Source of the DNA: an uncultured Methanosarcinales archaeon
Lineage (GTDB): Archaea > Nanobdellota > Nanobdellia > Woesearchaeales > CAYMBN01
Direction: 5' to 3'
Length of the DNA stretch: 64,000 nt
Assembly: GCA_964388715.1 (NCBI GenBank)
Contig: CAYMBN010000006.1
Location: 1-64,000 of the forward strand
The position numbers were made by a program, and so were the translations under genes. This document shows, piece after piece, positions 1 to 10,422 of the stretch. Position 1 is the stretch's first letter. Every line of letters begins with the position of its first letter. The notes under the pieces are model-generated. The model did not search any database. It worked only from the letters and a program-made list of their open reading frames with translations, and was not told the DNA's origin.

Positions 1-1
1 A

Positions 2-904
2 GAAGCATTGAAAGTTGTTAGACCTTCTGCTATGAGAGAGGTTTTAGTAGAAATTCCAAATGTTAAATGGGATATGATTGGTGGGTTAGAACAAGTTAAA
101 CAAGAGTTAAAGGAAGCTGTTGAATGGCCACTTAATTTTCCTGAAGCATTCAAAAGATTAGGTATAAAACCACCAAGAGGAGTTTTACTTTATGGTCCAC
201 CTGGTACTGGAAAGACTTTGCTTGCTAAAGCTGTTGCAAATGAAAGTGATGCTAACTTTATCCTTGTTAAAGGGCCTGAAATATTAAGTATGTGGGTTGG
301 TGAGTCTGAGAAAGGTATAAGAAAGATTTTTAAAAAAGCAAGGCAAACTTCACCTTCAATTATATTCTTTGATGAGATTGATGCGATTGCACCAAGAAGA
401 GGTGCTGCTGTTGATAATAAAGTAACTGAAAGGGTTGTTAATCAAATACTTACTGAGTTAGATGGTTTAGAAGAATTACAGGATGTTGTTGTGATTGGTG
501 CAACTAATCGTCCTGATATAATGGATCCTGCTTTGTTAAGACCAGGTAGGTTTGATAGAATTATTTTAGCTAGTGTTCCTGATGTTAAAGGAAGGGAAGA
601 AATATTTAAAGTACATACTGCAGAAATGCCTTTGAAAAATGTTGATATTAAAAAGTTAGCTGAAGTTACAGAAGGTTATGTTGGTTCTGATATTGAAGCA
701 TTATGTAGGGAAGCTGCAATGTTAGCTTTAAGAAGGGATATGAAAGCAAAAGAAGTTACACAAAAAGATTTTGAAGAAGCACTTGAAAAAGTAAGGCCAA
801 GTGCAACAAAAGAGATTGAAGAAGCGTATAAGAAGTTAAAGGATCATTTTACAGCTGCTAAAGGAAAGCAAATGAAAGAAGAAAAACCTAGTTATATGGG
901 TTAA
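2..904 (+). CDS. cdc48: Cdc48/VCP-family AAA+ ATPase, C-terminal (D2) part; gene starts upstream of the window
   Basis: [10 protein letters not shown] linker, Walker A GPPGTGKT, Walker B FFDEID, SRH ATNRPD...LLRPGRFD; frame open to the window edge. Confidence 0.95.
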   Translation, partial: EALKVVRPSAMREVLVEIPNVKWDMIGGLEQVKQELKEAVEWPLNFPEAFKRLGIKPPRGVLLYGPPGTGKTLLAKAVANESDANFILVKGPEILSMWVGESEKGIRKIFKKARQTSPSIIFFDEIDAIAPRRGAAVDNKVTERVVNQILTELDGLEELQDVVVIGATNRPDIMDPALLRPGRFDRIILASVPDVKGREEIFKVHTAEMPLKNVDIKKLAEVTEGYVGSDIEALCREAAMLALRRDMKAKEVTQKDFEEALEKVRPSATKEIEEAYKKLKDHFTAAKGKQMKEEKPSYMG

Positions 905-909
905 CGATA

Positions 910-1302
910 TTAAATTTGTTCTTTCAATTCTTTATAAAATTCAGAAAGACTAAACTTTTCATAAGCTTCAACTATTTTTCTCAAACCATGTTTAAATTTA
1001 TCAACAATACTTGCTTCTGATTGTTTTACACTAGGTAAATATTCAACATGTTTAACAGCAATTGGAGAAGAGCTTCCAAATTCATAAACAGTAGCCTCTC
1101 CATCACGAGGAATCAAATACTCAATTCTATTCAACAACTCTTTAGAATAAACTCTCTGTGATAATCTTAAAGTCTTTGTTTCAGGATTATATTCATAAGG
1201 ATTAACAACTGGTACTCTAGCATCCACATAAGACATTAAAACAATATCCATTGCATTAGGATCAATTCTCATTTCCATTGGTCCTTCACTCATTCCAAAC
1301 AT
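910..1302 (-). CDS. hypothetical protein
   Basis: 130-aa ORF filling the gap between cdc48 and the divergent Nif3 gene; no motif recognised. Confidence 0.6.
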   Translation of the reverse strand: MFGMSEGPMEMRIDPNAMDIVLMSYVDARVPVVNPYEYNPETKTLRLSQRVYSKELLNRIEYLIPRDGEATVYEFGSSSPIAVKHVEYLPSVKQSEASIVDKFKHGLRKIVEAYEKFSLSEFYKELKEQI

Positions 1303-1390
1303 TTTAAAGAGTAAAAAGAGTCTATTCTTTAAAAATTTTATTATAATACAGAATAAAATTTATAAATGGATATCCTATTTTCTCTTTAAA

Positions 1391-2143
1391 ATGGCAGAAC
1401 TGAAGAAGATTGTGGAGTTTATGGATAAATGGCTTAAGGTTAGTGAGATTGAAGACTCTTCTTGTAATGGGTTGCAGGTTGAGGCATGTGGTGATGTTAT
1501 TAAGATAGGGTTTGCTGTTGATGCTTGTTTAGAGGTTTTTGAGAAAGCAAAGAATGCTGGTTGTAATCTAATTGTTGTACATCATGGGTTACTCTGGGAT
1601 AAGTTGCATTCAATTACAGGATTGTTTGCTAAAAGGATTAGGTTTTTGTTACAAAATAATATTGGTTTATATGGAATACATCTACCTCTTGATAAACATA
1701 ATAAGTTAGGTAATAATATTCAGTTGTGTAAATTGTTTAGATTGAATAATATAAGAGAGTTTGGAAATTATAGAGGAAGTAATATTGGGTTTTCAGGAGA
1801 ACGTGAGAATGAAGTTGATGTTGAAGATTTTGTTAGGGAAGTTGAGGAAAAGTTAGGTACAAAATGTAGATTGTTGAAATTTGGTAAAGAACAAGTTAAA
1901 AAAATTGGAATTGTGAGTGGTATGGGTTGTGATGCTGTTGAAGAAGCAGGTGAAAAGGTTGATGTTCTTTTAACTGGTGAATCAAAGTTATCTGCGTATC
2001 ATATTGCAAAAGAAGCGAAAACTAATGTTATTTATGCTGGGCATTATGCAACAGAAACATTAGGATTAAAAGCTTTGATGGAGTTTGTTAAGGAAAAGTT
2101 TAATATACAAGTAATCTTTATAGATAATAAGGTAGATTTTTGA
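1391..2143 (+). CDS. Nif3/YbgI-like dinuclear metal-centre protein
   Basis: NGLQVE, VHHG, HLPLD.H and GHYATE motifs. Confidence 0.92.
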   Translation: MAELKKIVEFMDKWLKVSEIEDSSCNGLQVEACGDVIKIGFAVDACLEVFEKAKNAGCNLIVVHHGLLWDKLHSITGLFAKRIRFLLQNNIGLYGIHLPLDKHNKLGNNIQLCKLFRLNNIREFGNYRGSNIGFSGERENEVDVEDFVREVEEKLGTKCRLLKFGKEQVKKIGIVSGMGCDAVEEAGEKVDVLLTGESKLSAYHIAKEAKTNVIYAGHYATETLGLKALMEFVKEKFNIQVIFIDNKVDF

Positions 2144-2742
2144 AAATGATGAAGTGTGTTGATTGTGGTTCTGATAATAAGGATGATTCTAAATATTGTG
2201 AACAGTGTGGTGCAAAATTACCTAAAACAGAAAAATCAACAAAAAAACAAATTAGTTTTGTACTGAAGAGAAGATTGTTTCCTTTTAGTGCTTTATATGA
2301 TGTTTATGATGAAAGAAATCAGTTAGTTTATATGGTGAAATTTAAGTTTAGGGGTTATGAAATATTAAATAAAAATAAAGAACTTGTTTTGAAAGTCAAA
2401 ACAAAAAAATTAATACAATTTAAACCTGAATATGAAATATTTGAAGTTAATAGGAAAATAGGTTCTGTTAAAGCAGTATTAAGGTTTATGAAGCTGGAAT
2501 ATGATATTATGGATGTGGATGGAAGAGTTATTGCAGATGTTATTGAAAGGAGAAAGTTGTTTAAAAGGTCAACGTTTATATTTAGATGGGATCAAAAAGA
2601 ACAGATTGGTGCTTTAATTCATAATATATGGGGTAGAAAGTATCTTCTTGAGTTGGATACAAGTAAATTGAATCAAAATCTTGGATTAGCTGCTTCTGTG
2701 GTTCTAGCTTCAAAAATAGCAAAAAGATATAATAATCATTAA
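2140..2742 (+). CDS. zinc-ribbon + LURP-one/scramblase-like beta-barrel protein
   Basis: N-terminal CxxCG...YCxxCG ribbon, then repeated beta-strand pattern ending in a hydrophobic helix. Confidence 0.6.
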   Translation: MKMMKCVDCGSDNKDDSKYCEQCGAKLPKTEKSTKKQISFVLKRRLFPFSALYDVYDERNQLVYMVKFKFRGYEILNKNKELVLKVKTKKLIQFKPEYEIFEVNRKIGSVKAVLRFMKLEYDIMDVDGRVIADVIERRKLFKRSTFIFRWDQKEQIGALIHNIWGRKYLLELDTSKLNQNLGLAASVVLASKIAKRYNNH

Positions 2743-2779
2743 TAAGGTTTATAAATACAAAAATAATAATATATTCAAA

Positions 2780-4075
2780 ATGGCAAAACCAGGTGATCAT
2801 GTAAAAATTAGTACTTCTGAGACAATTATTGAAGGAACTCTTATGCCTTCTGTTCATAAAGATACTGTTATTGTTAAACTTGATAATGGATATAATCTTG
2901 GTGTGAGCGGTAGTAAGATTAAGAAGATTGAGGTTGTTAAGGTTCATAAAGAAGTAAAAGGAAAGGCAAAGAAAGTTAAACAAGATCAAAAATTACCTAA
3001 GATTTCTATTTTACATACAGGTGGTACAATTGCTTCTAAGGTAGATTATAAAACAGGTGGTACAAAACCACAGTTTAGTCCTGAAGAATTGCTTGCAATG
3101 ATACCTGAGATTAAAACAATTGCTCATATCAAAAGTAGGCTTGTTAGGAATATTTGGTCACAAGATATGAGATTTGCTCATTATAATCTTATTGCAAAAG
3201 AAATTAAGAAAGAAATTGATCATGGTGCAAAAGGTGTTATTGTTTCGCAAGGTACTGATACAATACATTATACAGCAGCTGCATTGAGTTTTATTTTAGA
3301 GGATTTACCTGTGCCTGTTTTAGTAGTAGGTGCACAAAGGTCATCTGATAGAGGTTCAACTGATGCACATCTTAACTTGATTAATGCTGCTTATTTTATG
3401 GCAAATACTAATTTTGCAGAAGTTGGAATTTGTATGCATGAAAATTCTGATGATAAGGATTGTTTGATTTTGCCTGGAACTAAGGCTAGGAAAATGCATA
3501 CAAGTAGAAGAGATGCTTTTAGACCGATTAATACAAAACCATGGGCAAGAGTTAATTATAAAGAGAAAAAAATTAGTTATATTAAGAAAAGTTATAAGAA
3601 AAGAAATGATGCAAAGATTAAATTAATGTTGTTTAGTGATAAAATTAAAGTTGCTATTGTAAAACAACATACTAATATGTTTGCTGAGCAGTTTAAGTTT
3701 TATGAAAAATATGATGGATTGGTAATTGAGGCTACAGGGCTTGGATGTTTGCCAATAAGTGAAAAAGATGAAATTACAAAAGAATCTGGTAAGATATTTA
3801 AAGTTTTGGAAGGGATGATTAAGAAAGGTGTTATTGTTGTTGAATCACCGCAGACTATTTATGGAAGAATTAATATGAATGTTTATGAAGATCAAAGACA
3901 TGCACAAGATATTGGAATTCTTGGAAATTTATCTGATATGACAACTGAAACAACTTTTGTTAAATTAGCTTGGTTACTAAGTAATTTTAAAAAGAATGAA
4001 GTTAAAGATTTGATTAGTAAGAATTTGAGAGGGGAAATTTCTGGTAAAACTGAATCTGATACTTTTTTGATATAA
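2780..4075 (+). CDS. gatD: Glu-tRNA(Gln) amidotransferase subunit D
   Basis: KLDNGYNLG N-domain, TGGTIASKVDY, GTDT, GAQRSSDRGS, RKMHTSRRDAF. Confidence 0.95.
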   Translation: MAKPGDHVKISTSETIIEGTLMPSVHKDTVIVKLDNGYNLGVSGSKIKKIEVVKVHKEVKGKAKKVKQDQKLPKISILHTGGTIASKVDYKTGGTKPQFSPEELLAMIPEIKTIAHIKSRLVRNIWSQDMRFAHYNLIAKEIKKEIDHGAKGVIVSQGTDTIHYTAAALSFILEDLPVPVLVVGAQRSSDRGSTDAHLNLINAAYFMANTNFAEVGICMHENSDDKDCLILPGTKARKMHTSRRDAFRPINTKPWARVNYKEKKISYIKKSYKKRNDAKIKLMLFSDKIKVAIVKQHTNMFAEQFKFYEKYDGLVIEATGLGCLPISEKDEITKESGKIFKVLEGMIKKGVIVVESPQTIYGRINMNVYEDQRHAQDIGILGNLSDMTTETTFVKLAWLLSNFKKNEVKDLISKNLRGEISGKTESDTFLI

Positions 4076-4076
4076 A

Positions 4077-4649
4077 ATGATATTATCAATAATAGAATTA
4101 ATTGATATTGTAATTATGACTGCTTTTGTGGGTTATATATTCATGGATTTCTTTAAACCACATGCTAGGATGGCTTATACTGATCCTGTTTCATATTATC
4201 AAAAACAAGGTTTTGATTGGCACAGTTTTAAGTTTGCTGCAATGGTAACTGCTCCTGCAATAATATTTCATGAGTTTGCACATAAAGCAGTTGCATTAAG
4301 TTTTGGAATTCAATCTGTTTTCAGAGCAGCGTATTTCTTTTTATTTTTAGGAGTTGTTTTGAAAGTAATGGGAAGTAATTTCATATTTTTTGTACCTGCA
4401 TATATTGCACATGCAAGAACAACTGCATTAAATAGCTCAATGATTGCAATAGCTGGACCATTAATGAATCTGGTGATCTTTCTGATTGCTTTTATTGTTT
4501 TGAAAAAGGTTAATTTAAAGAAAAGTTCAATTGCGTTTTGGGCATTGACAAAAAGAATTAATTTGTTTTTGTTTATATTTAATATGTTACCTATTCCAGG
4601 ATTTGATGGATATCACTTTTTTAGTGGATTGATAAGTGCTATATTTTAG
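4077..4649 (+). CDS. M50-family intramembrane metalloprotease (site-2 protease-like)
   Basis: HEFAH zinc motif, AGP and FNMLPIPGFDG motifs, TM helices. Confidence 0.9.
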   Translation: MILSIIELIDIVIMTAFVGYIFMDFFKPHARMAYTDPVSYYQKQGFDWHSFKFAAMVTAPAIIFHEFAHKAVALSFGIQSVFRAAYFFLFLGVVLKVMGSNFIFFVPAYIAHARTTALNSSMIAIAGPLMNLVIFLIAFIVLKKVNLKKSSIAFWALTKRINLFLFIFNMLPIPGFDGYHFFSGLISAIF

Positions 4650-5071
4650 AAATCTTTCATGTATTCTTTCATCTTTTTGACATATTCTTTTACTTCTGCA
4701 ATTACTTTGTCATTAACCATGTTTTCTTTTGCATAATTAATAATGGGCCTTACTGATTCTATCTTTATGCCAAAACGTTCCATCCATTTATGCCTAGAAA
4801 ACATCCATAAATGAAAATCACCAGTAGTATCTTCGTTTTGAATTAAATAAACAACATTTATTCCAAGTACTTCTTTCATACCTTTTCTCATTTTACAAAG
4901 TAATTTAGAAAATTCTTGTGCTTCTTCATCTGTAAATTCTGCAACTGATTTTATCTTCCTTACAGTTGCAATAGAAAAAAAACCAGGAATAGGAACTTCC
5001 CAATCTTGATGAATATCAAAAAGTTTTGTTACAATTACTTTATCATTTGGGAATATATTTTTACTTGTCAT
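4646..5071 (-). CDS. HIT-like nucleotide hydrolase family protein
   Basis: QDWEVPIPGF and degenerate HIT region FHLWMFSR; size fits. Confidence 0.6.
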   Translation of the reverse strand: MTSKNIFPNDKVIVTKLFDIHQDWEVPIPGFFSIATVRKIKSVAEFTDEEAQEFSKLLCKMRKGMKEVLGINVVYLIQNEDTTGDFHLWMFSRHKWMERFGIKIESVRPIINYAKENMVNDKVIAEVKEYVKKMKEYMKDF

Positions 5072-5342
5072 CTTTCAACTTTTTAACAACTTTCTTAAAA
5101 GCTTCAACTTGTTTTTCAGTTAAATTTTTCCACTTAACATATTTTGCTTTTATGTCACGAAGAAAAGCATTATCTTTATAGAACTCCTCAGGAATATCAA
5201 ACATCTTTTTCATCTTAGGATCTTTAATCTCACCTTTCATATCATGTTTTTGACAATCATAACACAAAGCATATCTTTGCCTATGGGAAATTAAAACATA
5301 ATTCTTTTTGCATCTGTAACATAATTGTTTATATTTTGGCAT
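5061..5342 (-). CDS. small Zn-finger hypothetical protein
   Basis: CYRC...CYDC pairs. Confidence 0.7.
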   Translation of the reverse strand: MPKYKQLCYRCKKNYVLISHRQRYALCYDCQKHDMKGEIKDPKMKKMFDIPEEFYKDNAFLRDIKAKYVKWKNLTEKQVEAFKKVVKKLKDDK

Positions 5343-5419
5343 TATGTATGATTAATTAGTAGTTATTTAATAATGTTTTTGTCAAAAAACATAAAAACCC
5401 TGGATTATTCCTGTTTTGT

Positions 5420-7087
5420 ATGGGGAAATTTAGTACTAATTATGGAATTCCTGATGGATATTGTTTAGGTAAAACAAATTATATTGTTATAACAGGTGGA
5501 GTTCTCTCTGGACTAGGTAAAGGTGTTGTTATTTCTTCAATTGGTAAGATTTTACAAGCACAAGGTTATTCTGTGACAGCTATTAAAATTGATCCTTACA
5601 TTAATATTGATGCGGGAACAATGAGACCAACTGAACATGGTGAAGTGTGGGTTACTGAAGATGGTGGTGAGATTGATCAGGATTTAGGTAATTATGAAAG
5701 ATTTCTTGATATTAATTTAGGAAAAGAACATAATATTACAACAGGACAGATTTATCTTAATGTAATTAAAAAAGAAAGAGCAGGAGAATATCTTGGAGAA
5801 GATGTTGAAGTTATTCCACATATTCCAGAAGAAATTAAAAGAAGGATAAGGAAAGTTGCGTTTGATACAAATTCTGATTTTGTTCTTGTTGAAGTTGGTG
5901 GTACAAGTGGAGATTATCAAAATGTGTTGTTTTTAGAGGCTGTAAGGGAAATGAAGTTAGAGGATGAAAAAGTATTGTTTATCCATGTTGCTTATTTACC
6001 AATTCCAAAACATATTGGTGAAATGAAAACTAAACCAGCACAACATTCTGTACGATTTTTAAACTCAGCAGGTATTCAACCAGACTTTTTTATTGGAAGA
6101 AGTGAAATAGAACTTGATGAACCTAGAAAAAGAACACTTTCATTTACCTGCAATATTAAGATGGATCAAATTTTTTCAGCACCTGATATTGATTGTATTT
6201 ACAAAGTTCCTTTGGTGTTTGAAAAACAAAGGTTTGGTGAAAGAATATTATCATCTTTTAAGTTACCATATAAAGATGGAACATTACATAAATGGAAAAG
6301 TTATATTGAAAAAGTTGATAATATTGAAAAAGAGGTAAAGATTGCGATTGTTGGAAAATATTTTGATGTTGGTAAGTTTACATTATCTGATTCATATATT
6401 TCTGTGATTGAAGCAATTAAACATGCGTGTTGGTATAATAATGTTAAACCTATAATTGAATGGTTAGATTCAAAAGAATTTGAAAGGGATTCTGAGAAAG
6501 TAGGAATTTTAAGAGGGTTTAATGGAGTAATTGTTCCAGGTGGTTTTGGTAGTAGTGGTGTACAAGGTAAAATTAATGTTATTAAATATTGTAGAGAAAA
6601 TAATATTCCTTACCTAGGTTTGTGTTATGGAATGCAACTAGCAGTTATTGAATTTGCAAGAAATGTTTGTGGGTTAAAAGAAGCAAACTCCACTGAGATT
6701 GATGAGAGTGCAAAATATCCTGTAATTTGTATCTTACCGGAACAAAAAAAGAATATTGAACTAAATAAGTATGGTGCTTCAATGAGACTTGGTGCGTATA
6801 AAGCAACATTAAAGCAAGGTACAAAAGTGTGGGAACTATACAAGCAGAAAGAATATGCTAGTGAAAGACATAGGCATAGGTATGAGGTTAATCCTGAGTA
6901 TGTTCAACAGTTAGAGGAAAAAGGTCTTGTTTTTTCTGGTTTTTCACCAAGTAAAAGGTTGATGGAGTTTATGGAATTGCCTAGTAATAAGTTCTTTGTT
7001 GCAACACAAGCACATCCTGAGTTTAAGTCAAGACCACAGAAACCAGCACCATTATTTGATGGTTTTATTAAGGCTGGACTTGAGTAA
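5420..7087 (+). CDS. pyrG: CTP synthase
   Basis: TGGVLSGLGKG, KIDPYIN, HGEVWV, KTKP.QHSV, GLCYGMQ, ERHRHRYEVN, HPEF. Confidence 0.98.
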   Translation: MGKFSTNYGIPDGYCLGKTNYIVITGGVLSGLGKGVVISSIGKILQAQGYSVTAIKIDPYINIDAGTMRPTEHGEVWVTEDGGEIDQDLGNYERFLDINLGKEHNITTGQIYLNVIKKERAGEYLGEDVEVIPHIPEEIKRRIRKVAFDTNSDFVLVEVGGTSGDYQNVLFLEAVREMKLEDEKVLFIHVAYLPIPKHIGEMKTKPAQHSVRFLNSAGIQPDFFIGRSEIELDEPRKRTLSFTCNIKMDQIFSAPDIDCIYKVPLVFEKQRFGERILSSFKLPYKDGTLHKWKSYIEKVDNIEKEVKIAIVGKYFDVGKFTLSDSYISVIEAIKHACWYNNVKPIIEWLDSKEFERDSEKVGILRGFNGVIVPGGFGSSGVQGKINVIKYCRENNIPYLGLCYGMQLAVIEFARNVCGLKEANSTEIDESAKYPVICILPEQKKNIELNKYGASMRLGAYKATLKQGTKVWELYKQKEYASERHRHRYEVNPEYVQQLEEKGLVFSGFSPSKRLMEFMELPSNKFFVATQAHPEFKSRPQKPAPLFDGFIKAGLE

Positions 7088-7133
7088 ATTTTCCGCAATA
7101 TATATAAATAATCAGCTATTTTTAGGGGTTAAT

Positions 7134-8084
7134 ATGGAGCAAAGTGAAGATAGGGGGGCTGAAACTAGTGATATTCAAGCTAGTGAGAGTTCTGAACAAA
7201 CTAGGTTAACTGAAGAACCTGTAAAGGAAGTGGTTCAACCTGAGGTTAAGCCTTTTGAAGAAAAGAAAGTAGAGGAAAAAAAGGAAGAACCTAAGGTTGA
7301 GAAGAAAGTGGAAGTTCCTGTAATTAAAGAAGAGCCTAAGCATGAAGAAAAGCATATTCATCATAAACATCATGTTCACAAAGAACGTAAAAAGATTAAT
7401 TTAAATGTAAAAGAGATATATAAACACAAATATAAACAATTATTATGGATTCCAGCTATATTATTAATTCTTGCTTTAGTACAAATTAGTGTTCAAACAG
7501 CAATGACAGGAGATTTTGTTAATAAAGGGATTTCTTTGAAAGGTGGAACAACAATTACTATCCCTGAAAAAACCTATGATGCAAAAGAGTTACAACATTT
7601 TATAACTTCTAAATTTAATAATATGGATGTTAATGTGAGAGCGTTGACAAGAGGGGGTAGAAATATAGGATTAATTGTAGAGTCTGACATACAAAGTTAT
7701 GAAGATATTGATAGTTTGGTTAGTGCTATTGGAGAAAAAACGGGTGGATTAACTAAAGATGATTATTCAATTGAACAAATGGGCCCTAGTTTAGGTGCAA
7801 GTTTCTTTAAAGAAACTTTTAGAGCAATTATATTTGCATTTATTTTTATGGCTATTGTGGTATTTTATTATTTTAGATTACCTGCTCCTTCATTAGCAGT
7901 TATATTGGCTGCATTTTCAGATATTGTTGTTACTGTTGCTATATTTAATTTACTTGGATTTAAATTATCAACTGCTGGTGTTGCAGCATTTTTAATGTTA
8001 ATTGGTTATTCTGTTGATACTGACATTCTTTTGTCAACAAGAGTACTAAAAAGAAGAAGAGGTAGAGTGCTAGACAGGGTTTAA
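7134..8084 (+). CDS. secF: protein translocase subunit SecF, N-terminal part (ends at in-frame TAA 8082-8084)
   Basis: GISLKGGT, GPSLG and AAFLMLIGYSVDTDILL motifs; ATG at 7134 follows TATA at about 7099-7107. Confidence 0.88.
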   Translation: MEQSEDRGAETSDIQASESSEQTRLTEEPVKEVVQPEVKPFEEKKVEEKKEEPKVEKKVEVPVIKEEPKHEEKHIHHKHHVHKERKKINLNVKEIYKHKYKQLLWIPAILLILALVQISVQTAMTGDFVNKGISLKGGTTITIPEKTYDAKELQHFITSKFNNMDVNVRALTRGGRNIGLIVESDIQSYEDIDSLVSAIGEKTGGLTKDDYSIEQMGPSLGASFFKETFRAIIFAFIFMAIVVFYYFRLPAPSLAVILAAFSDIVVTVAIFNLLGFKLSTAGVAAFLMLIGYSVDTDILLSTRVLKRRRGRVLDRV

Positions 8085-8090
8085 AATAAA

Positions 8091-8282
8091 ATGAAAACTG
8101 GTCTTACAATGAGTGCAACCACTATATCTGCAGTTGTTATTGCACTTATCTTTACACAATCTGAGGTTTTAAGAGAAATTATGATCATATTATTTATCGG
8201 TTTATTAGTTGATTTAATTAATACATGGATACAGAACGCAGGATTATTGCGTTGGTATTGTGAAAAGAAGCGTATACATTAA
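8091..8282 (+). CDS. secF: SecF C-terminal fragment (last two TM helices), same frame as the upstream part
   Basis: KTGLTMS.TT and GLLVDLINTWIQNAGLL are the archaeal SecF C-terminal motifs. Confidence 0.8.
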   Translation: MKTGLTMSATTISAVVIALIFTQSEVLREIMIILFIGLLVDLINTWIQNAGLLRWYCEKKRIH

Positions 8283-8283
8283 A

Positions 8284-10023
8284 ATGCGAAAACTAAAAAA
8301 AATATTTACAAGTGCAAGGGTTATTGTACTTTTGATTTTTTTAGTGTTAGCTATTGTTGTAATTCGTCCTAATCCGTGGAATAGTGGAGCTTCAATTAGG
8401 AATGTGGTTAAAGAGTCTGCAGCTTCTTTTGCTGAGATTAAAAATCCTGAAGCTGGTGCAAGTCCAATGAGTGCGGAAAGGATTATTGCTATAAATAATA
8501 AACCTGTTGAAAATGCTTATGATTATTATATGTTAACTAAAGATCTTCCAGTAAATAAAACACTGCTTATTAAGACAAATAAACAGCTTTATAGAGTTGT
8601 TACAAAATCATTGATTGATGTTACTGTTTTACCTGAACTTGTTGATAAAGAAGAGAGTTATATTGAATTAGTTAACAAAACATTTGTGAATGAAAGTACA
8701 AATGAAACTTATGTTGAAGAGGTTGAGGTTAATCAAACAAGAATTGTAAAGATTAATAAAACAATTGAAAATGTTATTGGTACTGAAGATGTTGGGTTAA
8801 GAGTTTATGATGCTCCTACAACTAATATAAGAAAAGGTCTTGATTTGCAAGGTGGTACAAGAGTTTTATTACAGCCTGAAAGAGAACTTACTAAAGATGA
8901 GATTGATACATTAATTGATAATCTTAAACAAAGGTTGAATGTTTATGGTTTAAGTGATATTGTTGTTAGGGAAGTTGGTGATTTAAGTGGTAATCAATAC
9001 ATTTTGATTGAGATTGCTGGTGCAAATGAGCAAGAGGTTAAAGAGTTAATTGCAAAACAAGGTAAGTTTGAAGCAAAGATTGCTAATAGTACTGTTTTTA
9101 GGGGTGGACAAGATATTACTTATGTATGTAGAAGTGCTGATTGTTCTGGTATTGATCCTAATTCTGGTTGCGGTGCTACAAATGATAATCAATGGGCTTG
9201 TAGATTTAGGTTTTCAATTAGTTTAACACCTGAGGCAGCTCAAAGACAAGCTAATCTTACACAAAATCTTAATGTGATAACAAAAAGTGGGAATGAATAT
9301 CTTGATCAAATGTTAATATTATATCTTGATGATAGTCAGGTTGATGAACTTAATATTGGTGCTGATTTAAAAGGACAAGCTGTTACTGATATTGCAATAT
9401 CTGGTTCTGGTGTTGGTGCTAATAGGCAGGAAGCAATCTTACAATCACTTGAAAATATGAAAAGGTTACAAACTATACTTATTACTGGTAGTTTGCCTGT
9501 AAAAACTAATATTGTGAAAACAGATTCTATCTCACCTGTACTTGGTAAAGAGTTTGTTAATAATGCATTACTTATTGGATTGTTTGCTGTGTTAGCAATT
9601 GGTATTGTTGTTTTTGTTAAATATAGAGTTATTAAAGTTGTTCTTCCAATGGTACTTGCTTCTGCCTCAGAAATTGTAATTTTGTTAGGTGTTGCTTCAT
9701 TGATTGGATGGAATCTTGACCTTGCTGCAATTGCAGGTATTATTATTGCAGTTGGTACTGGAGTAGACCATAAAATAGTTATTACAGATGAAACATTAAA
9801 AGGAGAAGGGGAAATATTTACAAACTGGAAAGAACAAATTAAAAAAGCGTTTTTTATAATTATTGCGGCATATTTTACAACTGTTGTAGCAATGTTACCA
9901 TTATTATTTGCAGGTGCTGGTATGTTAAGAGGGTTTGCACTTACAACAATTATAGGAATTTCAATTGGAGTATTTATATCAAGACCTGCGTATGCTAAAG
10001 CTATTGAGATTATACTTAAATAA
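8284..10023 (+). CDS. secD: protein translocase subunit SecD
   Basis: GLDLQGGTRVLL, RLNVYGLSD, GSLP, AVGTGVD, LRGFALTT. Confidence 0.95.
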   Translation: MRKLKKIFTSARVIVLLIFLVLAIVVIRPNPWNSGASIRNVVKESAASFAEIKNPEAGASPMSAERIIAINNKPVENAYDYYMLTKDLPVNKTLLIKTNKQLYRVVTKSLIDVTVLPELVDKEESYIELVNKTFVNESTNETYVEEVEVNQTRIVKINKTIENVIGTEDVGLRVYDAPTTNIRKGLDLQGGTRVLLQPERELTKDEIDTLIDNLKQRLNVYGLSDIVVREVGDLSGNQYILIEIAGANEQEVKELIAKQGKFEAKIANSTVFRGGQDITYVCRSADCSGIDPNSGCGATNDNQWACRFRFSISLTPEAAQRQANLTQNLNVITKSGNEYLDQMLILYLDDSQVDELNIGADLKGQAVTDIAISGSGVGANRQEAILQSLENMKRLQTILITGSLPVKTNIVKTDSISPVLGKEFVNNALLIGLFAVLAIGIVVFVKYRVIKVVLPMVLASASEIVILLGVASLIGWNLDLAAIAGIIIAVGTGVDHKIVITDETLKGEGEIFTNWKEQIKKAFFIIIAAYFTTVVAMLPLLFAGAGMLRGFALTTIIGISIGVFISRPAYAKAIEIILK

Positions 10024-10035
10024 GAGAGGTGTTTT

Positions 10036-10422
10036 ATGACTAAGACAAGGCTTAGTTCAATTGTCATAATAATATTTATGACTATATTAACTTCTGCTGC
10101 ACAGTTTTTTTATAAAGCTGGTGCAAATAGACTTGAGTTTGATCTTATTAGTATAATTACTAATTATCATATTATTTTTGGACTTGTTTTGTATGGAACA
10201 GGAGCAATATTAATGTTAATTGCTCTAAGGTATGGTGAGGTTAGTGTATTATTTCCTATAATCGCTACAAGTTATATTTGGGTTAGTTTAGGTGGAAAGT
10301 ATTTTTTTAATGAACCAATTGGAATAATTAAATGGATTGGAATTTCTGTTGTGATACTAGGTGTGTCAATATTAGGGTATGGTAGTCAAAAGGGTAGTGT
10401 TAAATACACTGGAGTGGTATAA
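10036..10422 (+). CDS. EamA/DMT (ArnE/F-like) 4-TM transporter subunit
   Basis: 4 TM helices, GEVSVLFP, FFNE motif. Confidence 0.8.
   Translation: MTKTRLSSIVIIIFMTILTSAAQFFYKAGANRLEFDLISIITNYHIIFGLVLYGTGAILMLIALRYGEVSVLFPIIATSYIWVSLGGKYFFNEPIGIIKWIGISVVILGVSILGYGSQKGSVKYTGVV

Noticed and set aside
8082..8084. Genome-wide stop-codon reassignment
   Set aside because: TAA, TAG and TGA all end conserved genes at their expected C-termini elsewhere in the window
9336..10067. 243-aa antisense ORF, and the many other shadow ORFs in the track
   Set aside because: They lie opposite or inside well-supported genes (here secD) and show no motifs; explained by codon bias
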